From contig JBFMAF010000055.1 in assembly GCA_040755995.1 (NCBI GenBank), forward strand, positions 32,001 through 96,000: a stretch of 64,000 nt of DNA. Reading direction: 5' to 3'. The notes beneath the pieces are model-generated. The model was not told the DNA's origin and searched no databases. It saw only the letters and a list, made by a program, of their open reading frames with translations. Source of the DNA: Acidobacteriota bacterium. GTDB lineage: Bacteria > Acidobacteriota > CAIWXX01. Below, piece after piece: positions 28,657 to 38,369 of this stretch; within the stretch, counting starts at the first letter, position 1, and each line of letters starts with the position of its first letter. Made by a program: the position numbers and the translations under genes.

Positions 28657-29661
28657 CTACCGCGACGCAGGCTTGGTCTGCGACGCGGCGCCGCGGCCTG
28701 CCGGTATGACGCCGGGCAGACGAACCGGCCGTCCCGATCGGAGGTCGTAGTCGTTCAGGACCGCCTCCTGCTTCTTTCCTTCCGGGACGATGACGTCCAC
28801 GAGCGGAGGCAGCAAGTAGTCATCCTCACCCGCTCCGCCGAATCGATCCGCCCACGTGCCGTACGCGATCGGAATGATCATCAGCCTGGGAGCCGCGCCC
28901 TCGGTGATGTGGAGGATGCCGCCGACGTCGAGCTCCTGCTCGTAGTCTGCTCCCGAGACAGCCACCACGTAGCTCCACGACGCTTCAGCCTGCCCGCCCA
29001 GGAACATCGCCGGCACGAAAAAGCGGATGATCGGGCCGATCACGTTGATTCGGGTCGGGAAGAAGTACTTGGACGGCATCTCGGCCGCCAATCTCGCCGT
29101 AGCAAGATCAAGCTTGGCATCGTCAATACTCCCGTACATCGCCTTCATCTGCCTTTTGGCATTGGCCTTCATGATGCGCTGCAACGCTTCAGCAGCCTCG
29201 AAGGGACGCGGCGTCAGGCAGATCACCTTCTCCCAGGCGTTGGCCGAATCGATCTCGGCCAGCCGCCCGGGAAGCGTCATGACCTCTCCCGAGCCGTCAA
29301 CGCCGTCCTTGTCCACATAGATGTCGATGTTGAGTGTGTAGAAGTTGAAGCGGCACACGGTGTCGAGACTGCCGCCGCCCACGTCGATCGTGCGGCGATC
29401 GGTGGGCGCTATTTTCCGAGCGAACACCGCTTCGAACAGCGTCCCCTCCCCCTCGGGGCGCGCTGAAAACGAGATCAGGTCCAGATCGCCGGGGTGCAGA
29501 TCGTCTCGCATCGGATAGATGAGCTTCCCGTTCCCGTGATCATCACCGCGTGGATCGTCCAACACGAAGATCGGAGCAGCCTCCCTGGCGCTCATCCACC
29601 CGGACGAGACCACGATCAGAAGCAGTGCCACTGGAATCGACCTACATCCCAACTCCCTCAC
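28657..29661 (-). CDS. Exported glucodextranase DOMON-like carbohydrate-binding protein
   Basis: DDPRGDDHGNGKLIYP, DLDL, IDIYVDKDG, LPGR, RFGG; signal peptide; GGGAGG RBS. Confidence 0.78.
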   Translation of the reverse strand: MRELGCRSIPVALLLIVVSSGWMSAREAAPIFVLDDPRGDDHGNGKLIYPMRDDLHPGDLDLISFSARPEGEGTLFEAVFARKIAPTDRRTIDVGGGSLDTVCRFNFYTLNIDIYVDKDGVDGSGEVMTLPGRLAEIDSANAWEKVICLTPRPFEAAEALQRIMKANAKRQMKAMYGSIDDAKLDLATARLAAEMPSKYFFPTRINVIGPIIRFFVPAMFLGGQAEASWSYVVAVSGADYEQELDVGGILHITEGAAPRLMIIPIAYGTWADRFGGAGEDDYLLPPLVDVIVPEGKKQEAVLNDYDLRSGRPVRLPGVIPAGRGAASQTKPASR

Positions 29662-29836
29662 GACCTACCTCCCTTCGTTCCTGAACCCCACCGATCCTCA
29701 GAGAGTGCCTTCCTCCGCTCAGCGCCCTCCAGCCCATGTGCTATTCTACCACCGCCCTGCTCTCACGGTGCCCGTCAATGGTGGTGGGGCCTGCAGAGGC
29801 CCCGCGTCGGGCACGACCAGCCGCACGACTCCTCCG

Positions 29837-29885
29837 CAACTGCCAACTGCCAACCGTCAACTGCCAACTGCCGACCGACAACTGT
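29837..29885. repeat. Heptamer tandem repeat (CAACTGN x7)
   Basis: caactgc caactgc caaccgt caactgc caactgc cgaccga caactgt. Confidence 0.8.
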
Positions 29886-29895
29886 CAATTCGACC

Positions 29896-29931
29896 TCAAG
29901 GGCCCGGCAGCCGAAGCCGCCGGGCCCTTGA
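29896..29931. terminator. Strong stem-loop downstream of the barrel gene
   Basis: Perfect 13-bp arms TCAAGGGCCCGGC / GCCGGGCCCTTGA; no clear U-tract. Confidence 0.6.
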
Positions 29932-29952
29932 TAGCTGGCCTGTGCTCTGCGT

Positions 29953-32900
29953 CTAGAACTGCACCTTCATGAACGCCTTGATGCGTTGTTGCGCGAACTC
30001 GCGCTTCATCAGGCTGTTCCAGCCACCCCATGGGTTCATGAAACCGGGTGATCCCACTGGGACGTGGACATTCTTGGCAGTTTCCTCGCTGGCGTACTGC
30101 ACAACGAACCCATCGCCGAAATCCGGTTCGAACGTCCCGAATGCATACATGTATTCGAACCCCAGCTCAGCGCCCGCCAGATTGTACTTGGCCTTGATCT
30201 CCAGCTTGTTCTTGTGGTGCTTGCCGGATGCCATCTCATGCAGCTTGTAGGCCATGAAGGCAGTGTTCCCGTCCTTCAGGTCTGCGTTGTAGTACTCGTA
30301 CTGAATCAAGCTGTAGAGGTCGTTGGAGAGCTGATAGCCGGCGCCGACCAGGAGCATCATGTAGGACAGGTCGCGGTCGTCATCACTGATCGAGTTGAAA
30401 GGCTTCCACTGGTAACCCGTGACGCCATTGACCGTGATAGTCGGGGGAGCTGGCCAGACGGCAGAGGACGTGTTGTTGCCGTAATAGTAGTTGACCGAGC
30501 CGTCGGGCTTGTAGGGAAGGTACCTGGTATCGTCCATACGGTTGTCTTGTTCACTGATGAACTTGACCTTCCCGAAGAGATCCACACCCTTGCCGACATT
30601 TGCGAGGTACTTGAACTTGCCGAGCGCGATCTGAGTCTTCTTGTCCTGGAACGGCGCGTAGGCGGACCGGAAGTTGTGGCCGACACCGGTGTCTAGCTCG
30701 GCTGCCGGCCAGTCGGTATTCTCCAATGAGCGCGTGTCATCGCCCCAGGCCTGCCAGTTGGTGTCGTAAGTGAGGTAGGTGTACTCGCCTGCCAGGTCGA
30801 AGCCGGCCTTCGATAGGGTCGGGACAATGGTCAGGCCCTGCCAGCCGATGCACGTTTCGGCCATCGGTTCGTCGAAGTCGGTGAACTCGTTGTCGACGTT
30901 GAGTGTCGCCACCTGCTGGGCGTTGCCGTCCCAACCGCCGTATCCGATGCGGGTCGCATTGCCACCCCAGATCCCATATGAGGCGTTGGACGGGCCCGGG
31001 AACGCCCAGGTAGAATCATGGCCCTCGGTCAGCAGCACGTCGTTCTCACGCCGTGAAGCCATGATCGAGGTGTACCCTGCGCCGATGCTGAATCCCTCGA
31101 CGTTGAGCGAGAACCCTGCATCGAACGGGTCATTCAGGTCGAAATTGATCCTGAACGCTTCATCCTGATGCTTTCCCAAGGGCACCGGAGAATACCCATT
31201 AATGCCGAAGTGGTCCCACGGAAGGTACTTGGGGTCGCTCTTCACATCCGAGTAGTAGATAAGGCCTCGAACATCCATCTTCGGGCTCGGATGCACGCCG
31301 ACCTTTCCACCCAGGACCCAGTTGCGGGAGCGCATAGCCAGGTCCCTGCCGTCGTCCCAATCGTAATCCTTCGCGTTGATCTCCTGATCGTTGACGTATT
31401 CGAAGATCCCGCCGAAGTCGATCTTGTCGGTGGCCACGTACTTCGTCTGCAGCCCATATGCCGCGTCCGACGCGTGGTACGTGCCGGTGCTCCAGTTCGG
31501 CCCGGCCCAGAGCTTCGGCAACGAAATCCTGGCGGCATCCCAGGTCCATCTGCGGTCCATGCCAGATCCCTGGAACAGGAGGCCGGAAGCGTTATCGCGG
31601 TCGATGTAACGGATGCGGCCTATGACGAATGGATCGAACATGCCCCAGTCACTCGCGCCGATTGTGGCCGAGTTGATCCAACTGTATCCCGGCGTCAGTG
31701 TCACTGCGACGCCACGGAGCTTCACGTACTGATTCGAACGGGGATCGAATTCGCCGCAGTCCCCGGATGTGCATGGGTTCTGAATGTCGCTCCTGCCGCC
31801 CCACCCGCCGAAGTTGGTCCAGAAGTTCTGGCTGAAACGGCTATGCAGACGGCCTTTGACTTCGACCTGCTTGGAAAGCTTTGCGTTGATCAGGAGCTCG
31901 ACTTCCGAGCCCTGGCCGTTGTCGCCCCAACCCTCGCCCGGAACCGTCGTGAAATTGTACAGGCTTCCCTGGTCCCGCTGGTTGCCCCAGAGCCACTTCG
32001 TGTATGTCGTTCCGCCGATGATGAGTTTCTGCGCCGGAGCCGCCGGGGCGGGACGTGGAGCCGGTGGAGCAACAACGGGTGCAGCCGGCGCGGCAGGTGC
32101 CGCCGGGGCCGCAGGCGGAGCTGCCGGGGCCGCCGGCTCCTTTCCGGGAAGGTAGACCATCCTCAGGGTAGCAATGCTGACAGGCGTTCCATCCGGCCCG
32201 ACCTCGTACTTCAACATCTCGTACTGAGCCGCAACCTCCCCTGCATCGCCAACGCCGCTCCCAGCCAGAGTGTCAATCACGTGCGGGTCCGCGTCGGTGT
32301 CCGTGCCGCCGCCGAACCGATGCTGCCCTTCGTACTCGTTCACCTTGCGGGTCAGAAGGTCCGCGGCATCCGGGAACCCTTCGTTCGACTGCATCAGCAC
32401 CTGGTAGCCCCACGTGGCCGGGTCGCCGCCTCCCAACGCCTCCAGATCAACCACACCGGAGATCGTCCTTCCAGACCCCTTGGTCGCGGTCGGGACCAGG
32501 ATGTCGTCCCTCATCGCCGGCGCCTTCGTGTCGGCCTCTGACTTGACGCGTGAGAACTTCTGCGGCGAGAGGATCACGCACTTGTCCCATCCATGCCCGG
32601 GGGCGAACACCACGTTCAAGCCGGGAAGTCCCTGGGTCCACTTGCCGGGCTGCATTGGATCGGTCTTGATGAAGATGAACGCCATCTGGACGGCGAAGCC
32701 GGAGCCCATTCCCCAGGGATCCTCCAGGGCCGAATTCACGCTGAGTTCGAAGTTCACCTTGCCGCCTTGCGCAGACACCCGGAGTCCGGTCAGGTCGAAT
32801 GAGCCCGTCTTGTAAACGCCGTCAGTCGGATAGATGTAGCCCCCGGGACCGTTGTCGTCCCCCGTGGGGTCCTTGAATGAGACCTCTTGCGCCATGACAG

Positions 32901-32958
32901 CGCCTGCGAAGAGCATCGCGGTCACGGCCCACATACCGGTGAGCCAACGCTTGGTCAC
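29953..32958 (-). CDS. Glucodextranase DOMON-like domain + Pro/Ala linker + predicted outer-membrane beta-barrel
   Basis: Signal peptide; DPTGDDNGPGGYIYP..GSFDL..RFGGG; PAAP linker; about 690 aa of amphipathic, aromatic-rich strands ending IKAFMKVQF; AAGGAGG RBS. Confidence 0.72.
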   Translation of the reverse strand: MTKRWLTGMWAVTAMLFAGAVMAQEVSFKDPTGDDNGPGGYIYPTDGVYKTGSFDLTGLRVSAQGGKVNFELSVNSALEDPWGMGSGFAVQMAFIFIKTDPMQPGKWTQGLPGLNVVFAPGHGWDKCVILSPQKFSRVKSEADTKAPAMRDDILVPTATKGSGRTISGVVDLEALGGGDPATWGYQVLMQSNEGFPDAADLLTRKVNEYEGQHRFGGGTDTDADPHVIDTLAGSGVGDAGEVAAQYEMLKYEVGPDGTPVSIATLRMVYLPGKEPAAPAAPPAAPAAPAAPAAPVVAPPAPRPAPAAPAQKLIIGGTTYTKWLWGNQRDQGSLYNFTTVPGEGWGDNGQGSEVELLINAKLSKQVEVKGRLHSRFSQNFWTNFGGWGGRSDIQNPCTSGDCGEFDPRSNQYVKLRGVAVTLTPGYSWINSATIGASDWGMFDPFVIGRIRYIDRDNASGLLFQGSGMDRRWTWDAARISLPKLWAGPNWSTGTYHASDAAYGLQTKYVATDKIDFGGIFEYVNDQEINAKDYDWDDGRDLAMRSRNWVLGGKVGVHPSPKMDVRGLIYYSDVKSDPKYLPWDHFGINGYSPVPLGKHQDEAFRINFDLNDPFDAGFSLNVEGFSIGAGYTSIMASRRENDVLLTEGHDSTWAFPGPSNASYGIWGGNATRIGYGGWDGNAQQVATLNVDNEFTDFDEPMAETCIGWQGLTIVPTLSKAGFDLAGEYTYLTYDTNWQAWGDDTRSLENTDWPAAELDTGVGHNFRSAYAPFQDKKTQIALGKFKYLANVGKGVDLFGKVKFISEQDNRMDDTRYLPYKPDGSVNYYYGNNTSSAVWPAPPTITVNGVTGYQWKPFNSISDDDRDLSYMMLLVGAGYQLSNDLYSLIQYEYYNADLKDGNTAFMAYKLHEMASGKHHKNKLEIKAKYNLAGAELGFEYMYAFGTFEPDFGDGFVVQYASEETAKNVHVPVGSPGFMNPWGGWNSLMKREFAQQRIKAFMKVQF

Positions 32959-32990
32959 GCAAATCCTCCTTTTGTTTGTAAGTTATTAGA

Positions 32991-33872
32991 CTATCCCTTG
33001 ACACCTCCGGCCGTCAGGCCGGCAACCAGGTACTTCTGCAGGAACAGGAACAGGATCACCACCGGGATCGAGACAATGATCGAGCCTGCGGCGAAGTAGC
33101 CCCAATGCTCCGAGAAACCGCTGACGAAAAACCGCAGGCCGACCGGCGCCGTGTACATCAGCTCCTTGTCCATCAACGTGGCGGCCAGAATGAACTCGTT
33201 CCACCCGGTCATGAACGAGAACAGCGCCGTGATCGCCACGGCCGGCTTGGCCAGCGGCAGGACGATGCGCCAGAACACTACACCCGGCGACGCGCCGTCG
33301 ATCACGGCCGCCTCTTCCAGGTCTTTCGGAATCGTGTCGAAGTAGCCCTTCATCATCCAGACGCAGAACGGAATGGATGTGGTGGCGTAGACCAGCACGA
33401 GCCCCATTCTGGAGGACCCAAGTCCCAGCCACTTGACCAGGATGATGTAGAGTGGAACCAGCATCAGTGTTCCCGGGAACATCTGCGACACCAGGAACGA
33501 CATCATCCCCGCGCGCCGGCCGGGAAACCGGAAACGCGAGTAGGCGTAGGCGGCGGTGCAGGCGAGGAACACGCCCAAGACCGTTGTGGCGGCGGCCACA
33601 AGCGCACTGTTGAGCATCCATCGGGCGAACGGCTGATCCGTCATGACCGACTTGAAGCTGGCCAGCGACCAGACCTTCGGCCATGGCGTAATCGCGCGGA
33701 GGCGGTCGAAGAAGGTCGGGTCTGGAGGGACGTTTGCGATTATCAGGTTCTGGTTCCCGGAGAACGCGATCGTCACGACCCAAAAGACCGGGTAGAGCGT
33801 TAGCAGGGTGACGACGATGAGAATGAGATGCAGCGGCCAGTGAGACGGTTCGTCGATTCCTCTGGTTCTCAT
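32991..33872 (-). CDS. malG: Sugar ABC permease, MalG-like
   Basis: KGYFDTIPKDLEEAAVIDGA (EAA loop), QMFP, GLTAGGVKG. Confidence 0.88.
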   Translation of the reverse strand: MRTRGIDEPSHWPLHLILIVVTLLTLYPVFWVVTIAFSGNQNLIIANVPPDPTFFDRLRAITPWPKVWSLASFKSVMTDQPFARWMLNSALVAAATTVLGVFLACTAAYAYSRFRFPGRRAGMMSFLVSQMFPGTLMLVPLYIILVKWLGLGSSRMGLVLVYATTSIPFCVWMMKGYFDTIPKDLEEAAVIDGASPGVVFWRIVLPLAKPAVAITALFSFMTGWNEFILAATLMDKELMYTAPVGLRFFVSGFSEHWGYFAAGSIIVSIPVVILFLFLQKYLVAGLTAGGVKG

Positions 33873-35818
33873 CAGATGCCCTCCGTTGCCCGCGTCACCC
33901 GGTTCTGGATGGTCCCGTAGATCAGCAGGATGCCGAAGATCACGGTCGAGTACGCCGCGGCATATCCGTAGCGGTACTTCTCGAAGGCGAACTTGTAGGC
34001 CTGTGTGATCAGGATCTCGGTGGACCCTCCGGGCTGGCCTCCGTGCACGAGGTACGGGATATTGAACATGTTGAACGTCCACACAACCGACAGGATGATG
34101 GCGGGGATCAGCGCCGGCCTCAGCGAAGGGAGCGTGATCGCAAGGAACTGCTGCCAGCGTGTAGCTCCGTCAACACGCGCCGCTTCGTAGAGCTCCCCGG
34201 GGATCGACTGCAGTGCGCCGAGCGACACCACCATCATGAACGGGAAGCTCAACCATCCGTTGGTGGCGAGCGCCGTCAGGAACGAGGTCGTCGGGCTCTC
34301 AAACCAAGACACCGGATGCCCGCCGAACATCTGGATGAGCTGGTTGACGACACCGAACTGCTGGTGGAACATCCCCTTCCAGATCAGCGCGGTGATGTAG
34401 TTCGGCATCGCCCAAGGGAAGATCAGAAGCACCCGGTATACGGGGCGCAGCATCAGCCCCTTCGTGTTGAGGATCAGCGCGAGTATCAACCCCAGTGAGA
34501 CACCGATCGTCAGGTTTGACACCGTCCACGCCACGGTGACGAAGAAGGTCCAGTAGAAGTTCTCGTAGTTGAAAACCCATCCGCCTTCGGCCGTGGGCTT
34601 GGCAATCGAGAAGTCGCCCAGGATGTCAACGTAGTTCTTGAGACCGACCCAGATCTCGGTGAGCGGCTTATTGGTGGTATAGATGTCGTACGTAGTGAAA
34701 GACAGTGTGATGCCGTAGATGAAGGGGAAGAAAACCAGTACGATCATCCCCAGCATTGCCGGCAAAGTGTAGTAGTACGCTTGCCGGTAGGTCACGACAC
34801 TCCTGCCGAATGCGGATGCGACGCCGAAGCCGAAGAAGGCGAGGATTCCCAGGGCCAGGACGCCGATCAGAGCGACGGCCTTCTTGATCCGCACCGCCGC
34901 GCCCGCAAGCTCGACGGCAAGCTTGCTCTCGTCAATCCGGCCGTCGCCTGAGATGAGACCGCGCGGCCGGCGGTACGTGTCGGCGTCCCAGGAGCCTGGC
35001 GCGAGTGTGGTGCCCGGCAGCAGACTCCCAAGCAGCTCCCCGCCCCGTGCGGCGTCCGCCTTGATCTGCGAGGCCACGTCCGACTCGATCATGCGGCGTT
35101 CGGAGGCCAGCGACCGTATCGAATGCCAGCCGTATGCAGCCAGCGACAAGACCACGAGGACCGCGGCGAGGATCGCCAACGCATTGCGACGCTCGCCCAC
35201 CGTCCGCGCCGCCATCAAGAACACCAGGATGGGCACCACGAGGAGTCCGATCGCAGCTGCCGGGTTCGGCCGCGGCGCAAGCTGAGAAGGCGGTGCCGTC
35301 TCGATCTCGACCAGCCCAGTCACGTTCCCGTCTGTCTCCAGCGGAGCTGCGATGGACAGACCGCCGGACGGCAGCGCTGCGATCTCGATTTCATCCTTCC
35401 TCGCACCGCCCTCTTCCCGGTTGGTCTCGATTGCGGCGCGCAGTCTCTGGCCGCGGTCGTAGATCGGCTTCTCATCCCGCGAGAGGCGCCGTGGAGCGGC
35501 CTTGTCCCCTGCGTCGGCCGGCGATGTTGATGCCTCCAGAGAGAGGCCCATGAAGAGAACCACGCGGATCGTCGACAGCGACGGATTCGCTTTCTGCCAC
35601 TCCGCGACCGCCCGCCGAGCTCCATCGCCGGCCCCGCCGAGCTTGCTGACGATCTCGGTCAGTGCGCAAGTCGAGACCACAGCACGCCGCTCCTCACGTA
35701 TCCGCCATTGCTGCGCAAGGGCGTCCCGGAGCAAGTAGGTGCAGATCCCCACGCCAACCAGCAGCGCCAGAGCAATCCCGGCGCCGAATCGCAACCGATG
35801 CGATGTCACCTCGTTCAT
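33872..35818 (-). CDS. malF: Sugar ABC permease, MalF-like, with long N-terminal extension
   Basis: PWAMP, LQSIPGELYEAARVDGA, FNMFN; about 340 aa extra N-terminal region. Confidence 0.85.
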   Translation of the reverse strand: MNEVTSHRLRFGAGIALALLVGVGICTYLLRDALAQQWRIREERRAVVSTCALTEIVSKLGGAGDGARRAVAEWQKANPSLSTIRVVLFMGLSLEASTSPADAGDKAAPRRLSRDEKPIYDRGQRLRAAIETNREEGGARKDEIEIAALPSGGLSIAAPLETDGNVTGLVEIETAPPSQLAPRPNPAAAIGLLVVPILVFLMAARTVGERRNALAILAAVLVVLSLAAYGWHSIRSLASERRMIESDVASQIKADAARGGELLGSLLPGTTLAPGSWDADTYRRPRGLISGDGRIDESKLAVELAGAAVRIKKAVALIGVLALGILAFFGFGVASAFGRSVVTYRQAYYYTLPAMLGMIVLVFFPFIYGITLSFTTYDIYTTNKPLTEIWVGLKNYVDILGDFSIAKPTAEGGWVFNYENFYWTFFVTVAWTVSNLTIGVSLGLILALILNTKGLMLRPVYRVLLIFPWAMPNYITALIWKGMFHQQFGVVNQLIQMFGGHPVSWFESPTTSFLTALATNGWLSFPFMMVVSLGALQSIPGELYEAARVDGATRWQQFLAITLPSLRPALIPAIILSVVWTFNMFNIPYLVHGGQPGGSTEILITQAYKFAFEKYRYGYAAAYSTVIFGILLIYGTIQNRVTRATEGI

Positions 35819-35887
35819 GATGGCCCCCTCATTGACATGCTCGCCCGGGGCGAATCCGCCTCAACCGAAGGGAGGCAGGCGTGCGGG

Positions 35888-35906
35888 TCACCGCGTCTCC
35901 GCGTCG
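35888..35906. repeat. Octamer repeat copy between malE and malF
   Basis: tca ccgcgtct ccgcgtcg. Confidence 0.5.
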
Positions 35907-35963
35907 TCTCACCGCCACCCTCAGGCTTTCTGTCGCAACGGTCCGCCTTGAGCCGCAGGCCTG

Positions 35964-37178
35964 CTACTTCTTCCGGAGCTCCGCGACGGCCTTCACTACC
36001 TTGGCCTGGGCCTCATCCATCGCCGCCTTCGGTGTCGCCGACTTGTGTGTGATCATGTTCATGGCCGTTGTGGCGGGCGACCAGACCATCGTCATCTCGG
36101 GCACATTGGGCATCGGAATCGCCACCTCGACCTGCTTCCGGAACGCGCTCAGTATCGGATCCCCGGCTACCTTCGGGTCCTTGTACACGTCCTTGTTCGA
36201 AGGCGTCTGCCGCCCCTCGACGGCCATGATCCTGGCCGAGTCCGTGCTGGTGAGATAGGTGACAAAGTCGTAAGCGGCGTCCTTGTTCTTGGACGGTCCG
36301 GCGACATACGCGCCTTCGACAGTCATCCAGGGACGCATGGGCTTCCCGCCCGCCTCGTCGATCGTCGGCAGAGGCGCCAGCCCATAACTCACGGTCTTCG
36401 CAATCTCGCCGAGGAACCACGGCCCGGAGAAAGTGATGGCTGCCTTCTCCTCGTTGAAGAGCGACGTGATCAAAGCCGTGGACGGCTCCATCGGCAGAAT
36501 CTTGTCCACGTCGAACCACTTCACCAGAAACTCCAGGGATTTCACGTTCTCGGGAGCGTTCAGAACCGGCTTCGGGCCCGGATCGAAGACGCGACCGCCG
36601 AAGCCGTTCATGAGGATCGCGTGGTAGTAGAAGTCCGCATGCCAATACGCGAGCCCGAACTTGCCTACCTTCGGATCGCTCAGCTTCTTCGCCAACGCGA
36701 CCAGCTCACCGGTGGTCTTCGGAGGCACCTGGACGAGCTTCTTGTTGTAGATCATCGTGATGACCTTGTAGTTCAGCGGGAGCCCATATACCGTACCCCG
36801 GTACGTCATCGCCTCCATCGTCGTCGGGATGAAGCGGTCCGTGGTTGCCTTGTCCAGGTAGAAGTCGATCGGCTCGACCGTATTGCCCGCCTCGATCCAA
36901 CCGCCCAAACGATCCTGGGCAAAAATGAAAATGTCCGGGCCCTTGCCTCGAGGCACCGCCGCGGAGATCTTGTCGGCGAAGGCATCATATGGCACTGCCA
37001 GCGTCGTGACCTTGATCCCGGCGGAAGCCTTTGCGGCGTTGTAGTTGGCGACCACCTTCTCGAATGCCGCCTTCTCCTCGGCGCGGTACGCGTGCCATAC
37101 CACGAGTTCAGCCGCGAATGCGGAGCAGGCGAAAAGGATGAACACGAAGCACGTCAGGATTCGCATGTAAGATTTCAT
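35964..37178 (-). CDS. malE: Maltose/maltodextrin-type extracellular solute-binding protein
   Basis: GKGPDIFIFAQDRLGGW, FSGPW, PMPNVPEMTMVW; GGGAGG RBS and signal peptide. Confidence 0.85.
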   Translation of the reverse strand: MKSYMRILTCFVFILFACSAFAAELVVWHAYRAEEKAAFEKVVANYNAAKASAGIKVTTLAVPYDAFADKISAAVPRGKGPDIFIFAQDRLGGWIEAGNTVEPIDFYLDKATTDRFIPTTMEAMTYRGTVYGLPLNYKVITMIYNKKLVQVPPKTTGELVALAKKLSDPKVGKFGLAYWHADFYYHAILMNGFGGRVFDPGPKPVLNAPENVKSLEFLVKWFDVDKILPMEPSTALITSLFNEEKAAITFSGPWFLGEIAKTVSYGLAPLPTIDEAGGKPMRPWMTVEGAYVAGPSKNKDAAYDFVTYLTSTDSARIMAVEGRQTPSNKDVYKDPKVAGDPILSAFRKQVEVAIPMPNVPEMTMVWSPATTAMNMITHKSATPKAAMDEAQAKVVKAVAELRKK

Positions 37179-37206
37179 CGGACATCCTCCCTTGTCTGTG
37201 ATGGTT

Positions 37207-38301
37207 TCACGCAGCCAGGCGCGTCTCGGTCTTGGCATCGAAGAGGTGCAGTGCATCGAGCTCCAGCACCAGTTCGACCTTGCTCCCCACCTCCGGCGCA
37301 CGGTGTGGATCGAGCTTCGCCACGAACAGGTCGTCGCCGGCGCGCCCGTGTACGACCACTTCGTGGCCGAGCGGCTCAACGATCTCGATATCCACCGTCA
37401 GGCCCGCTGTCTCTCCACGCGGCTCCTTCGACGGATCGATGATGTTCTCGGGCCTCAGCCCGGCCACCACCCGCACGCCGTCCTTTCCCGATGTGATCGG
37501 GCGCAGTGACTGTGGCACCGGAATGCCGAACTTCGAGGCCGAGAGCCTGCTGCCGCCGTCCGTGAGCGTGGCATTCACGAAATTCATCGGCGGCGTGCCG
37601 ATGAAGTTGGCCACGAAGAGATTGGCCGGACGCTCGTACACATCCAGTGGTGTGCCGACCTGCTGGAGCTTGCCGTCTTTCATCACGGCGATGCGGTGCC
37701 CCATCGTCATCGCCTCCACCTGGTCGTGAGTCACGTAGATGGACGTGGTGTTGAGGCGCCGCTGGAGCTTGGAGATCTCGGCGCGCATCTGAACTCGGAG
37801 CTTCGCGTCGAGATTCGATAGCGGCTCGTCGAAGAGAAACACCGCGGGCTGCCGGACGATGGCTCGACCCAGGGCCACCCGCTGCCGCTGGCCGCCCGAG
37901 AGCTGCTTCGGCTTGCGATCGAGCAATTGCCCAATGCCCAGGATCTGGGCGGCATCACCTACCAGCTTGTCAATATCGCCCTGCGGCGTCTTGCGTAGCC
38001 TCAACCCGAACTCCAGGTTCTGCCGGACAGACATGTGCGGATACAGGGCGTAGTTCTGAAAGACCATGGCGATGTCGCGGTCCTTCGGAGGCAGCTTGTT
38101 CACGACGCGCTCTCCGATCAAAACCTCACCCGCCGAGATCTCCTCCAGCCCGGCCACCATCCGCAATGCGGTGGACTTGCCGCAGCCCGATGGTCCCACG
38201 AGCACCATGAACTCGTGGTCCCTGACTTCAAGGTTGAGGTTCTCAATGACCGACACATCGCCAAACCGCTTGCAGACATCGTTCATCAGTACTTGTGCCA
38301 T
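37207..38301 (-). CDS. malK: Sugar ABC ATPase (MalK/MsmX/UgpC family)
   Basis: GPSGCGKST, VFQNYALYPH, LSGGQRQR, DEPLSNLD. Confidence 0.93.
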   Translation of the reverse strand: MAQVLMNDVCKRFGDVSVIENLNLEVRDHEFMVLVGPSGCGKSTALRMVAGLEEISAGEVLIGERVVNKLPPKDRDIAMVFQNYALYPHMSVRQNLEFGLRLRKTPQGDIDKLVGDAAQILGIGQLLDRKPKQLSGGQRQRVALGRAIVRQPAVFLFDEPLSNLDAKLRVQMRAEISKLQRRLNTTSIYVTHDQVEAMTMGHRIAVMKDGKLQQVGTPLDVYERPANLFVANFIGTPPMNFVNATLTDGGSRLSASKFGIPVPQSLRPITSGKDGVRVVAGLRPENIIDPSKEPRGETAGLTVDIEIVEPLGHEVVVHGRAGDDLFVAKLDPHRAPEVGSKVELVLELDALHLFDAKTETRLAA

Positions 38302-38369
38302 CTCATTCTCCCATGCTGATACCCAGCAGTCCTAAGCGCCGTGGGCTGTCCTTGTACACAAATATCCCT

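Noticed and set aside
32032..32136. GC-rich repeats inside the barrel gene as a DNA element
   Set aside because: They encode the Pro/Ala linker
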